The notes under the pieces: generated by a model | What the model was told of the DNA's origin: nothing | Database searches by the model: none | What the model saw: only the letters and a program-made list of their open reading frames with translations | Position numbers and translations under genes: made by a program | Part shown: piece after piece, positions 10,701-18,993 of the stretch | Numbering within the stretch: position 1 is the stretch's first letter | Layout: each line of letters starts with the position of its first letter | Source of the DNA: Bacteroidales bacterium | GTDB taxonomy: Bacteria > Bacteroidota > Bacteroidia > Bacteroidales > DTGW01 | Direction: 5' to 3' | DNA: 64,000 nt | Assembly: GCA_026416115.1 (NCBI GenBank) | Contig: JAOAFU010000058.1 | Coordinates: 18,850-82,849, forward strand

Positions 10701-10816
10701 ACAGGCTCGCCCGTTGATGCATCGGTTACCCGACCTGTAACGGTAAGCGTTTGTGCACTTAATTTTAAAATACTTCCTAACAGAAGACTCAAAATCAAAA
10801 TTTTTTTCATTGCCAA
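7721..10816 (-). CDS. susC: SusC/RagA-family TonB-dependent receptor
   Basis: 1031 aa. It has a signal peptide, a carboxypeptidase-regulatory-like domain (LTVTGRVTDASTGEPVVGASIVIENT) and the plug motif EVVVIGYGT. It ends with the terminal aromatic LGLTVNF. The start may be the MKK at 10810. Confidence 0.9.
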   Translation of the reverse strand: MAMKKILILSLLLGSILKLSAQTLTVTGRVTDASTGEPVVGASIVIENTSTGVISDADGKFSLRVDKSDAVLVCSFVGYGTQRQTVSGRTQIDFVLEPEVKSLDEVVVIGYGTVTRQNITTSVAKVKTDEVPKAANNSVNQLLFGRAAGLKTTQQSAEPGGRIDLSIRGRGNPLVIIDGVAYPADELNPSSGVVSLNNVNRGGITNINPEDIESIEILKDASASIYGIGAANGVILITTKKGKAGSVNVTYDGSRSLVENMPYLEPLSPSEYMSLYNQFNKEFYWASRNMKPFGSLEPRVPKSIFLYTDSAIANPPQATDWLGMVLRQGSVDNHNINVSGGNERIVYYASGNYFHQVGTIQNSDLTRYLGKLDLTLYLSKAIKFNAAMNASRSNYTNGMSGYQLAGSGSQGYGALQAAIAYPTLLPVKDADGNYTRFQLIGNPVSLLTIKDKTQQSTLFINTSLDVEIIPKTLSARLLYGNNYETAVRDFFVPSTVFYHQLFQARGAIDNSQRQSQTLSATTTFTPKLGDNIQADILAGYEQNTTEYLSNGLSASGMLDAMANYNMGAAPNRDQLSSSKSVNKKRSYFTRANINVLDRYLITLTYRYDGIDKFFPDNKYASFPSAALGWKISKESFMQNFTFIDLLKLRASIGITGDASNVINAAYGVFSPGIRDQVYFDNGNTVYTPYYLTSIDLPNLEWQKTLNTNIGIDFGFFRNRISGSFDLFRDRITNLLNSKTTPQLSMLTTIYANGGQQIRQGWELSIKTVNISSKNFQWDMIFNVSHYLFRWEERYSNMGLQSYVGEKDPVNAIYVYPTKGIIKIGDSIPASQYTIGNGLAAKPGCPIFVDRNGDDTINNADVVMYNTDPDLIVGLGSNFRYKNFDLGIFFYSQFGAKDFNNAYAWANAKNFGSGNLNGTTAAIKDAWRIDNPNGTLPGASFDEESMGMTARSDVFVQSKDFIRCRNITLGYTYKPSVKKYISSIRVYADVQNPFIITDFKIIDPEIQYISVKGGSAPYPMARTYSLGLTVNF

Positions 10817-10853
10817 ATTGGTTTTTTGGTTAGTATTAGCTAGTTGATAAATT

Positions 10854-10985
10854 CTATATATCTCTTATCAGAAGCAGTAAAATACCCATTATAACTATTA
10901 CAATCGTAATACTAAGTAATAGCTCTCTTCGATGACTTATCATAATATTCCAAACCCGCTTCTGCAATTTTTCTTTCGGCAACAT
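10854..10985 (-). CDS. Possible 43-aa single-pass membrane peptide upstream of susC
   Basis: Below the ORF-track size cutoff. My translation is MLPKEKLQKRVWNIMISHRRELLLSITIVIVIMGILLLLIRDI. It has a basic N-terminus and one clean hydrophobic helix. The ATG is at 10985-10983, the stop at 10856-10854, and the ORF ends 37 nt before the susC start. Confidence 0.3.
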   Translation of the reverse strand: MLPKEKLQKRVWNIMISHRRELLLSITIVIVIMGILLLLIRDI

Positions 10986-11009
10986 AACTTTATAGCTTTC
11001 GTTTTTATC

Positions 11010-11017
11010 CAAATGTA
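11010..11017 (-). promoter_or_regulatory. Candidate Bacteroidota -7 promoter box (TACATTTG) for the small ORF/susC transcript
   Basis: The plus-strand CAAATGTA reads TACATTTG on the minus strand and matches TAnnTTTG. It lies 24 nt upstream of the small-ORF ATG. I saw no clear -33 TTTG. Confidence 0.3.
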
Positions 11018-11046
11018 AATACACCCCTATCCTAGCCTGTAACTCA

Positions 11047-11117
11047 TTTCTTACAGAGTAGGATACGAATCTTACATTTTGGCAACAAATCTTACATGAA
11101 AAAGCAATAAATCTTAC
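11047..11117. promoter_or_regulatory. Four phased direct repeats ((A/T)(A/T)TCTTAC) upstream of the susC promoter region; candidate activator operator
   Basis: TTTCTTAC is at 11047-11054. AATCTTAC is at 11068-11075, 11088-11095 and 11110-11117. The CTTAC cores are spaced 21, 20 and 22 bp apart, about two helical turns. Confidence 0.45.
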
Positions 11118-11269
11118 CTCAAATTCCGAGGATAATGAATGAAAGGGCTGGTTATGCTACTAATTAGGAGAATGTCAAGAGGGTGAAAAAAAAAAACTAT
11201 ATTAGTTTATAACCTCTTCATGACGAATCTAAAAAAATTTATGAACATAATTATGACAAAACTTCTCTA

Positions 11270-12322
11270 TTAAAGACTTTGATACAAGCTAAGATACTCC
11301 TGAAAATGTTTTTCATACGAAAATGTAGCAGCATAGCGCTTTAAATTTTCGGCAACAGAAATGTTGGAATGAAAATAATTTAGCTTTTCTTTGACAACCT
11401 GCACCATGTGTTCGGTGTCGAAAGTATCCCAGTAAAATGCTTTGTCGCTTCCTATTTCGGGCAAACTGGTATGTCTCGATAGAAAAACAGGTTTTCCATA
11501 ATGCATTGCCTCTATTACTGGAAGCCCAAACCCCTCGAGTAGTGAAGGAAACAGAAAAGCATGGCAATTTTTATATAACCACGATTTATCAATGTCGGAG
11601 ATTTGACCAAGCAGGCTGATATTATTTAAATTTTCTAACAATATTCTTTTTTCCAACTCTCGGGCATAATAGTTCGAGGAACTACCAGCTATATAAAGCC
11701 GAAAATCGGGCATATGCTTCATAAAATCTAAAAGCACATGAAAATTTTTCCTTTTTTTTACCTCCCCAAGCGTAAAGAAAAATTTTTCTTTTGGATTCTT
11801 AATAAATGATGGCACATAATGAGGTGGAGGATCGGCAGGAACAGCAACTCCATTATAAATTACTCGTACTTCCTTTCTAATTCCAGATAGGTTGTTCAAA
11901 ATTTGATATTTAGTAAAATGCGAAATAGCAATAACCACATCAGCCTTCTCAATCAAATTTTTCAACTTCATAAGACCTTTCTCACAGGATATATCATCAT
12001 CCTCATACAGAAAATTTAAATCGTGAATGGTAAGGATTATTTTCGTTTTCTTACAAAAAGGAAAAAGTTTAATTCGTTGATGAATCGCATGCCAAATATC
12101 AAATTTAGGTAATAAAAAGGGTAAATATTGATAAAATTTCTTGATGGAAATATAACGAACATTTTGACCAAACCTTCCTACAAAAGCATCGGGAACCAAA
12201 AGACTAACTTCCATATCGTCGAAACGTTTACTCCCGAAAAAATGTCCGTAATTGAGAGAGATTTGTCCAAATCCGCTATTGATATATTTTAGAGCCGATA
12301 AATCTATCAATATCTTCTTCAT
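11270..12322 (-). CDS. Glycosyltransferase family 4 (GT-B fold)
   Basis: 350 aa. The C-terminal motif LFPSLLEGFGLPVIEAMHYGKPV is typical of GT4/GT1 retaining transferases. Confidence 0.8.
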   Translation of the reverse strand: MKKILIDLSALKYINSGFGQISLNYGHFFGSKRFDDMEVSLLVPDAFVGRFGQNVRYISIKKFYQYLPFLLPKFDIWHAIHQRIKLFPFCKKTKIILTIHDLNFLYEDDDISCEKGLMKLKNLIEKADVVIAISHFTKYQILNNLSGIRKEVRVIYNGVAVPADPPPHYVPSFIKNPKEKFFFTLGEVKKRKNFHVLLDFMKHMPDFRLYIAGSSSNYYARELEKRILLENLNNISLLGQISDIDKSWLYKNCHAFLFPSLLEGFGLPVIEAMHYGKPVFLSRHTSLPEIGSDKAFYWDTFDTEHMVQVVKEKLNYFHSNISVAENLKRYAATFSYEKHFQEYLSLYQSL

Positions 12323-12428
12323 TTGTTATAAAATTTTTCGTTTTCAGAATGGTCTTTGCACTCCTATGATACACACCGACGGAAAATTCGGGAGCAAAAT
12401 ATGGCTAAAACTTTTTTGAAGGGTAGAA

Positions 12429-14126
12429 TTATATTTCGTACTTCGATAACTTTTCCTTCAGAGTCTTGATTTCCTTCTGCAGGGCTGCCTCGCGTCGTTC
12501 GGCTTCGTCTTGTGCAGCTTTAAGCTCTTCTATTGTTTGTCGAAGTGCAGCATCCTGGCTGAGCATTTCTTCGGCCTGTCGGCGTGACTGTTCAAGAAGT
12601 CGTGTAGTCTGAATGTTAATTTGAACTATCGAAATCGTCGAGGCAATGCTCGAGGCTATGCGTTCTACAAATTCGATCTGATAGGGCTCAAACACGTGAA
12701 ACGAAGCGAGCTCTATCACTCCATAAACAATATCGTTGTGCATCAGAGGTACTATTAACAGGCATGTTGGAGTAGCCTCACCCATCCCCGATGTAATTTT
12801 GATATAATCTTTAGGAATATCCGTTAAAAAAATTGTTTGTCTTTCGAGGTAGCACCTACCAATCAATCCCTCGCCAGGTTTGAATTCTTTTTCTAAAAAC
12901 TTTTTTCGATCATAGGCATAACAGGCCGTTAATTGTAAATTTACTTCGCCTCTATCTTCTTCTTTGATAAAAATACCCCCCTGGTTTGCTCCTAAGTAAT
13001 TTACAAGGTTACTGATAATATTCGACGAAAGTTCGCCCAAGTCGTTATTGTTCTGACGCAAAATTTCGGAAAATTTGGCAATGCCTTGGGTTGCCCAATT
13101 GCGCTGCTCATCCTCTCTTTTTCTTTTTTCTTCTTCAATAACGGCATTTCTTAGCTCTTCGCGCATTTTAATAAGCGAATTACCTAAAATATCTTCTTCG
13201 CTTAGGGGTTGAAAGGGCCAATTAAAATTGCCCTTTCCAATTTCGATTGAAAAGTTGGAAATTTCTTTTAATCCTTTTACAAGCGAATTAACCGCTGCAG
13301 CTATTTCTCCAAGTTCGTCGTTACGCTCTTTGAGCCTTTCGTTAGGAAAAACTCCTTTACCCAATTGTTTAAGCACCCTTTTAATATAATTCAGGGGTAC
13401 AATTTGAACCCTTATGGTAATAAAAGCAATAATTATTGCCAGAAAAATTAATAAAACCGATAGCGTAATAAGAAAAGATCGAGCTTTGTCAATGGAACTA
13501 TTCATAACTGCTTGGGTAGTAAGGAGCCGCTCCTGTTGCATGTTGACCAATATGGCAAGTTTGCTTTCAATTTTATTTGCCAACCACATTAACTGCCCCG
13601 ACTCAGACATAAGTTCATTTATACTGTTCAGTTGAACAGGATCGTCATAGACTTCGGGTTTATCAAGCGTATTAGCTATTTCCTTGCACAAAACAATCAA
13701 ACTATCGTTGATTAGCTCCTCTGCCCTTTTGTATATAATTTGTTCTCCTTGTGGCCATTGATGATATAACTTTTGTATGTTTTGTTGAAGATATGGTATT
13801 TCGAGATCGGTTATCTCGAGGAGCTTGAGTTTATCGGGAGTGATGGATTTTTTTTCGACAAATACCCAATTTTTTAATAATAAACGGGTTTGTGTAACAT
13901 AAGCCTGCAGTTTTTCGATATTACGTAACGACGGGATTTGAACCTCGAGCAAAGCAATATGCTCTTTTTGACTCTTTTGGAGTGTTTGATATATAACAAA
14001 TAGGTTGATAACATAAAGTAGCGTTAATGTACCGAACCCGATTGCAATCTTTGCTGTTACAGATAACCTAACCTTCATGGAAAAATTTTTTTTATCTTTC
14101 TGTATCCAATTGTAAACTTTTATCAA
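12429..14126 (-). CDS. Membrane sensor: extracytoplasmic helical domain, HAMP, GAF and a C-terminal coiled coil, with no catalytic output domain
   Basis: 565 aa with two TM segments flanking a ~170-aa helical region. The HAMP-like stretch is NDELGEIAAAVNSLVKGLKE. The GAF-like region is GGIFIKEED...GEGLIGRCYLERQTIFLTDIP...VPLMHNDIVYGVIELASF. The tail (EELKAAQDEAERREAALQKEIKTLKEKL) is coiled coil. The start may be the internal MKVRL at 14078. Confidence 0.65.
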   Translation of the reverse strand: MIKVYNWIQKDKKNFSMKVRLSVTAKIAIGFGTLTLLYVINLFVIYQTLQKSQKEHIALLEVQIPSLRNIEKLQAYVTQTRLLLKNWVFVEKKSITPDKLKLLEITDLEIPYLQQNIQKLYHQWPQGEQIIYKRAEELINDSLIVLCKEIANTLDKPEVYDDPVQLNSINELMSESGQLMWLANKIESKLAILVNMQQERLLTTQAVMNSSIDKARSFLITLSVLLIFLAIIIAFITIRVQIVPLNYIKRVLKQLGKGVFPNERLKERNDELGEIAAAVNSLVKGLKEISNFSIEIGKGNFNWPFQPLSEEDILGNSLIKMREELRNAVIEEEKRKREDEQRNWATQGIAKFSEILRQNNNDLGELSSNIISNLVNYLGANQGGIFIKEEDRGEVNLQLTACYAYDRKKFLEKEFKPGEGLIGRCYLERQTIFLTDIPKDYIKITSGMGEATPTCLLIVPLMHNDIVYGVIELASFHVFEPYQIEFVERIASSIASTISIVQINIQTTRLLEQSRRQAEEMLSQDAALRQTIEELKAAQDEAERREAALQKEIKTLKEKLSKYEI

Positions 14127-14441
14127 TTATTACTTCAAAAAATGAATACAGGTTATTTACTAAATGCAAAACCATTTGTAAAAATAAGAAATAATTCTTA
14201 CTTTGAAATAATTACTTTTCAGTTGCTCCGATAAATAGAAATTAAATTATATAAATTAAGTTTTACCAATAGGGTTTAAAAAGTAAAAATCGTATTAATA
14301 TTTGAATATACATACTGAAACAAAAAATTTCGACCATTTGGTAACATTTTTAGATTAGATATTGCTCTTTCTTTCATACTTTAGCAGTTGAATTGTCAAA
14401 TAATTCAATACTCAAGGAAAACTATAAAATACTTTAAGTTA

Positions 14442-15623
14442 ATGAAAAAGTCATTGTTTGCAATCTTAATTGTTTTTTTAGCGATGGGTTTTGGCGATGT
14501 AGTAGGTCCCATGGTAAGCCTTGCCAAAGAAAGTTTTGGCTTGTCGAATACTGCAGCTCAGTTGCTTCCTTTTGTTGGATTTATGATGTTTGGAATACTG
14601 TCGGTACCCATCGGTGTTTTTCAAGATAGAAAAGGGAAACGTTTTACTTTAATTCTGGGTTTAGTAATAGCTTTTGTGGGATTATTGTTGCCTATGGCAG
14701 GAGGAATGTATGGACGATTATCGGTCGATAATACTTCTTACTGGCAATTTATAGTCATATTAGCCGCTATACTTCTTTTGGGAGCCGGTGCCACCATTCT
14801 GCAAGTATCTGGTAATCCCATCATGCGCGATGTTTCAGACGAAGGACAATATTCCCGTAACCTAACATTAGGACAAACTATCAAGGCTGTAGGCTCTTCG
14901 ATGGGATTTTTGGTACCCCCGATCCTGGCCCAAATAGCAGGTCTCGATTGGACCATTCTCTTCCCCATATATTCTTTTATACTCCTTATAGCTCTCGTGC
15001 TTGTTGGTACCACAAAAATTACTGAACGTAAAACAGGGAATGAAACTCCAGTTACGCTGGTCTCATGCTTGAAGTTACTTTATAGTAACCACTATGTTTT
15101 AATAATGGTGCTTGGTATTTTCTTTTATGTAGGTGCCGAAGTGTCTATGAGTTCAGGTATACCCTTGCTTATGAAAGAAACTTACGGAATACAAAATATA
15201 GGGCTTATTATTAGCTGGTTACTATTTTTCCTTCCTATCCTCATCGGACGATTTACTGGTTCGATTGTGCTTAAATGGATTTCGGCCACTAAATTTTTAA
15301 TCCTTGCAGTCGGGATAGCTTTTACTGGCATTATTTTGCTGCTCTTCGGAAATATGACATTTGCTTTCATCGGCATAATATTAGTAGGCCTAGGTTTTGC
15401 CAATATTTTTCCTCTGATATTCTCAATAGCTATCGATCGTATGCCCGAACGTACCAACGAGCTCTCGGGACTCATGATCACAGCTATTCTTGGGGGGGCA
15501 ATTATTCCCCTAATTATGGGATTTGTACAGGATAAATTTGGCTCCGTGCTGGCAGGGTTTGTAGTACCACTAGCTTGTATTCTTTATATAGGTTTTGTGG
15601 CACTTAAAAATGCAAGGCAATAG
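14442..15623 (+). CDS. MFS sugar transporter (FucP/glucose-galactose transporter-like)
   Basis: About 12 predicted TM helices. The N-terminal pattern GFGDVVGPMVSLAKESFGLSNTAAQLLPFVGFMMFGILSVPIGVFQDRKGKR resembles the FucP/GluP family. I moved the start from the track's TTG at 14388 to ATG 14442 (MKKSLFAIL). Confidence 0.65.
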   Translation: MKKSLFAILIVFLAMGFGDVVGPMVSLAKESFGLSNTAAQLLPFVGFMMFGILSVPIGVFQDRKGKRFTLILGLVIAFVGLLLPMAGGMYGRLSVDNTSYWQFIVILAAILLLGAGATILQVSGNPIMRDVSDEGQYSRNLTLGQTIKAVGSSMGFLVPPILAQIAGLDWTILFPIYSFILLIALVLVGTTKITERKTGNETPVTLVSCLKLLYSNHYVLIMVLGIFFYVGAEVSMSSGIPLLMKETYGIQNIGLIISWLLFFLPILIGRFTGSIVLKWISATKFLILAVGIAFTGIILLLFGNMTFAFIGIILVGLGFANIFPLIFSIAIDRMPERTNELSGLMITAILGGAIIPLIMGFVQDKFGSVLAGFVVPLACILYIGFVALKNARQ

Positions 15624-15629
15624 AAAAGC

Positions 15630-16352
15630 TTATTTTTTTATTTCTTCTACAAACTCTGGTTCGACAAGGGGCTCTCCTCGAAACCGCAGGAAGAGCTGCA
15701 TTAGCGTAAGTACATCACTCCTGCAATAGGTTTCAATACGTGGAAGGTCATGATCTTCCCAATAAACCTTACTAACCATACTGCCATCCATATCGTTTTT
15801 AGGAGAAGTAATGCCAAATAAATAAGCGAGCAGATCGAGCGAAGTGTAGTGTTTATAGTCGCCAAACTTCCATAACTCTAAAGTGTCGAGAAAGGGAGTT
15901 TCCCATGGCTTAAAACCACTGACATTAAGGATAGTTGGTAACTGGATATTGTTGATGAGCAAACGTCGGGCAAGAAAAGGAAAGTCGAATTCTTTTCCGT
16001 TGTGAGCGCAAAGATAATACCCTTCAGCCGAATAATGTCGTTCAAGCATCGCAGCAAATTCAACCAGCAATGCACGTTCGTCATCGCCCGAAATCGACTT
16101 TATTCTGATAGTTCTTTTCCCTTCTTTTTCGACGAAAATACCAAATGCAATACATACTATTTTGCCAAATTCGGCATATATTCCTGCTCTTTCATATACT
16201 TCTGCAGGTAATTGGTCATCCTTAACCAAAAAGCGGGACTTTTTATCCCAAAATTTTTGCATTGTGGAGCTTAACTGCTCATAAGACGGAGCAATGGGAA
16301 CCGTTTCAATATCGAGAAACAATATTTTCTCTAATCTTATTCTCTGCCACAT
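15630..16352 (-). CDS. RNase H-fold 3'-5' exonuclease-like protein (PolB exonuclease-domain family)
   Basis: 240 aa. FLDIETVP is an ExoI-like motif, and HNGKEFDFPFL and CRSDV fit ExoII/III-like motifs. Confidence 0.55.
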   Translation of the reverse strand: MWQRIRLEKILFLDIETVPIAPSYEQLSSTMQKFWDKKSRFLVKDDQLPAEVYERAGIYAEFGKIVCIAFGIFVEKEGKRTIRIKSISGDDERALLVEFAAMLERHYSAEGYYLCAHNGKEFDFPFLARRLLINNIQLPTILNVSGFKPWETPFLDTLELWKFGDYKHYTSLDLLAYLFGITSPKNDMDGSMVSKVYWEDHDLPRIETYCRSDVLTLMQLFLRFRGEPLVEPEFVEEIKK

Positions 16353-17643
16353 AGGGATAAGTAAAATTTATCGTATGCAAAATTTCTTCGAACTGAGACT
16401 TAAGATCACGCAATTGCTTTTTATACCAAAATTGTTTCCATTCGCAGAACCCCTGTCTGAAAAAGTCGGTTAAGTGAAACCCCAATAACGTATATGAAAC
16501 AAAAAACAGGGTAGTTAATAATGCTATAGCAAAGTTTCTAAAAACCAAAAGAGTAATTAGAAAAACAAAACCATGCCAGAGAGGCTGCAAAGACAATAAA
16601 ACAAAACGAACAGAACTATGAAATTGTCGATCGTCGATTCGGCTATTAATAACATGAGATAAAAGAAAAAATGGGGAAAGATATAATGTTCCTAATAGAA
16701 AAAATGGACTTAAGACAAGACGAATTGTGAAATGAAATAGAAATCGGTTTAAAGAAAAGTCGTTCCAAAGGCAACGTGCAGATATACCTAACTTTTGAAT
16801 CTGACGATCAAATTCATCAAACTTTTTTTCGGCCAATTGCATGACCTCGGGTTGAACTTTCGCTAAGTTATTGCAATGATTAACATACTGCTTCAAAACA
16901 CTTTGATAGTTAACATGGAACTTTTCCAACGCAAAAGGAGCAAAGCGAACAATAAATGTATAATAATTATTTTCTACATGAGGGACTATCTGTTTCATTG
17001 CGATTTCGACGGTGTTTTTCAGCTCAGATATGCCACGCGCCTTGTTCATTTTCCATAGTCCATAAGTACTTAATACATTTATTGGTTTTCCAAATTTTAA
17101 ATACAAAGTAGTCCCCCAACGTGTATACGAAGAATAATGTATAAAAACCGGTACTACATAAACAGGTTCGCGGGGTACGGAAGCCTGTGTTTCGAGAGCT
17201 AACCTAAAAAGACCCTTACTTAAAGGACGAAGTTGCCAGATCCCCTCATGTCCTCCTTCAGGGAAAATACACACCGACCCACCAGATAATAACCATTTAC
17301 GGGCCTTGGACATCGTTGCGTAGTTGTGTGTGAGGTTATGAAAACCTTCCACCCTGCGATAGGCGGGATAAATTCTTAAAAATCTAAAGAAAGCGGCTAT
17401 CCATCGATTTTTAAAAAAATCACCCCTTGCCATAAAAAAAATAGGCTTCTTTACCGCACACAGCACTGCGAGTGCATCCATTATTGCATTTTGATGATTG
17501 GGTGAGAAAATAACCTTTCCTTCAGGTATGTTTTCGATTCCTTCAATTATTATCCTTCGGTAATATATCTTATGTAATAAGGATACCCATGCAAACAATA
17601 ACCTGTATCCAATACTCCTAACCATTAAATTTATAGGTTTCAT
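16306..17643 (-). CDS. PlsC-family acyltransferase with a ~200-aa C-terminal polytopic membrane extension
   Basis: 445 aa. The HX4D motif is NHQNAIMD and the FPEGG motif is CIFPEGGHEG. The C-terminal half has several hydrophobic helices with no domain I recognise. The 3' end overlaps the next gene by 47 nt. Confidence 0.7.
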   Translation of the reverse strand: MKPINLMVRSIGYRLLFAWVSLLHKIYYRRIIIEGIENIPEGKVIFSPNHQNAIMDALAVLCAVKKPIFFMARGDFFKNRWIAAFFRFLRIYPAYRRVEGFHNLTHNYATMSKARKWLLSGGSVCIFPEGGHEGIWQLRPLSKGLFRLALETQASVPREPVYVVPVFIHYSSYTRWGTTLYLKFGKPINVLSTYGLWKMNKARGISELKNTVEIAMKQIVPHVENNYYTFIVRFAPFALEKFHVNYQSVLKQYVNHCNNLAKVQPEVMQLAEKKFDEFDRQIQKLGISARCLWNDFSLNRFLFHFTIRLVLSPFFLLGTLYLSPFFLLSHVINSRIDDRQFHSSVRFVLLSLQPLWHGFVFLITLLVFRNFAIALLTTLFFVSYTLLGFHLTDFFRQGFCEWKQFWYKKQLRDLKSQFEEILHTINFTYPYVAENKIRENIVSRY

Positions 17644-18045
17644 AAGCTTTGAACATCGTGTAGAAAAAACAATTATGCTGTAAAAATAAGCAACGGCATA
17701 TTATGTTGGCAATTTACAAACAAAAATTGAATTGAAATATCATAATTTGTGATTAATATTCGAAAATTTATTTACTGAATTAGGCTACAAAAATAACCTG
17801 GCTATCATTCGCTAATAACTATTTAAAATTCAATTAACTGTTATCCCTACACGAATAAATAGAATTTTCGCTTTATCGATACAGAAGCTATTCAGAAATC
17901 GTACTAGTTTTATATGCATAGTTGGTGAATAAAGTATCGAAATATGTTTTAAAAAAAAATATTAAAAAAGGTAGGGTTTTTTCGTTTGGCACGTATTAGG
18001 GTAAAACATCCGAAAATAATTTTTAAATTTAAAAAATTAAGAGCC

Positions 18046-18894
18046 ATGAAAAAACATTTTTATTACAGTTTAGGTGTTGCACTAATGCTTGCAGTATTAA
18101 GTCTAAGCTCGTGCAAAAAAGATGACAACTCACCAACCGACAACACAACCACTTTGGCATATACCAAAGAAGATGACCAGGTTGACAGCTATTTTGATGA
18201 AATTAGCAGTGAAGCTGACGAAATTGCATTTACAGCGACCAGCAAATCTATGGGGAAAGATTCGTCGATAGATCAAGGTAGTAAAGGCAGAAGGATCCGA
18301 ATAACTCAAAAAACCGAGAACGGCAGAATTGACACCATTATTTACGAGAATTACGTTAATGGCCGTTCGCAGTTCAAGCGAGTTAAAAACGGAAAAATTA
18401 TAATCGTACAAACGGGAGGTCCTCTTCAGAACACTTTTAATAGAACAATCCATTTTCAGAATTTTACCATTAATGGTAATTTGATTGAGGGCACAAAAAC
18501 CATTACAAAAACAGCAACATACACTTACACAATAACCCTCGAAAATGGTAAAATTACCTTTAAAGATGGGACTACTGACACACGAACCTTTACGCGCACC
18601 CGCACATGGACGGCAGGCTACGATACCCCCTTCAATATATGGGACGACGAATATACAATCGAAGGTACAGCCGAAGGCACTAATCGCCACGGATTAAAAT
18701 ACACTCATAGAATTACATCACCCTTACTTATTAAGATATCATGCCCCTATATTGTAGCTGGTAGTATCGAACTTGTAGTCGGAGCTAATACCATAACCAT
18801 TAACTATGGAGACGAAAATAGCACATGCGATGGTAAAGTCACAGTAACCATCAATGGTATATCAAACCAGATACAACTTAATGCAGAAGAATAA
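18046..18894 (+). CDS. Hypothetical lipoprotein
   Basis: MKKHFYYSLGVALMLAVLSLSSCKKDD is a lipobox signal peptide. The rest is Thr/Asn-rich and looks beta-rich, with no family recognised. I moved the start from 17986 to ATG 18046. Confidence 0.6.
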   Translation: MKKHFYYSLGVALMLAVLSLSSCKKDDNSPTDNTTTLAYTKEDDQVDSYFDEISSEADEIAFTATSKSMGKDSSIDQGSKGRRIRITQKTENGRIDTIIYENYVNGRSQFKRVKNGKIIIVQTGGPLQNTFNRTIHFQNFTINGNLIEGTKTITKTATYTYTITLENGKITFKDGTTDTRTFTRTRTWTAGYDTPFNIWDDEYTIEGTAEGTNRHGLKYTHRITSPLLIKISCPYIVAGSIELVVGANTITINYGDENSTCDGKVTVTINGISNQIQLNAEE

Positions 18895-18915
18895 ACAATA
18901 AATTTTGTAAAAATA

Positions 18916-18950
18916 ACGGGGAAGCTATAAAGAAGCTTTCCCGTTTAAAA
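18916..18950 (+). terminator. Probable terminator after the lipoprotein gene
   Basis: ACGGGGAAGCT pairs with AGCTTTCCCGT (11-bp stem including one G-U). It is followed by TTTAAAATATT, a weak U-tract. Confidence 0.45.
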
Positions 18951-18993
18951 TATTAAAAAATGCTTACATTTGAGACTCCTTTTCAACGGCTCA

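Noticed and set aside
14388-14441. N-terminal extensions given by the ORF track at 14388, 17986, 18970, 48945, 56396, 61630 and 58554
   Set aside because: Several of the extensions I checked (14388, 18970, and likewise the 273-650 ORF) begin at TTG. All of them precede an internal ATG that is followed by a canonical signal peptide or domain start, or they create long overlaps with the neighbouring gene. I used the shorter starts.
18130-18690. Long antisense ORFs inside confident genes. Examples: 18130-18690 (-), 44708-45178 (-), 51501-51938 (-), 30959-31357 (-), 3497-3961 (+), 33606-33956 (+)
   Set aside because: These are shadow ORFs on the opposite strand of genes with clear family signatures. 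Their translations are low-complexity or Cys/Arg/Ser-rich with no recognisable motifs.
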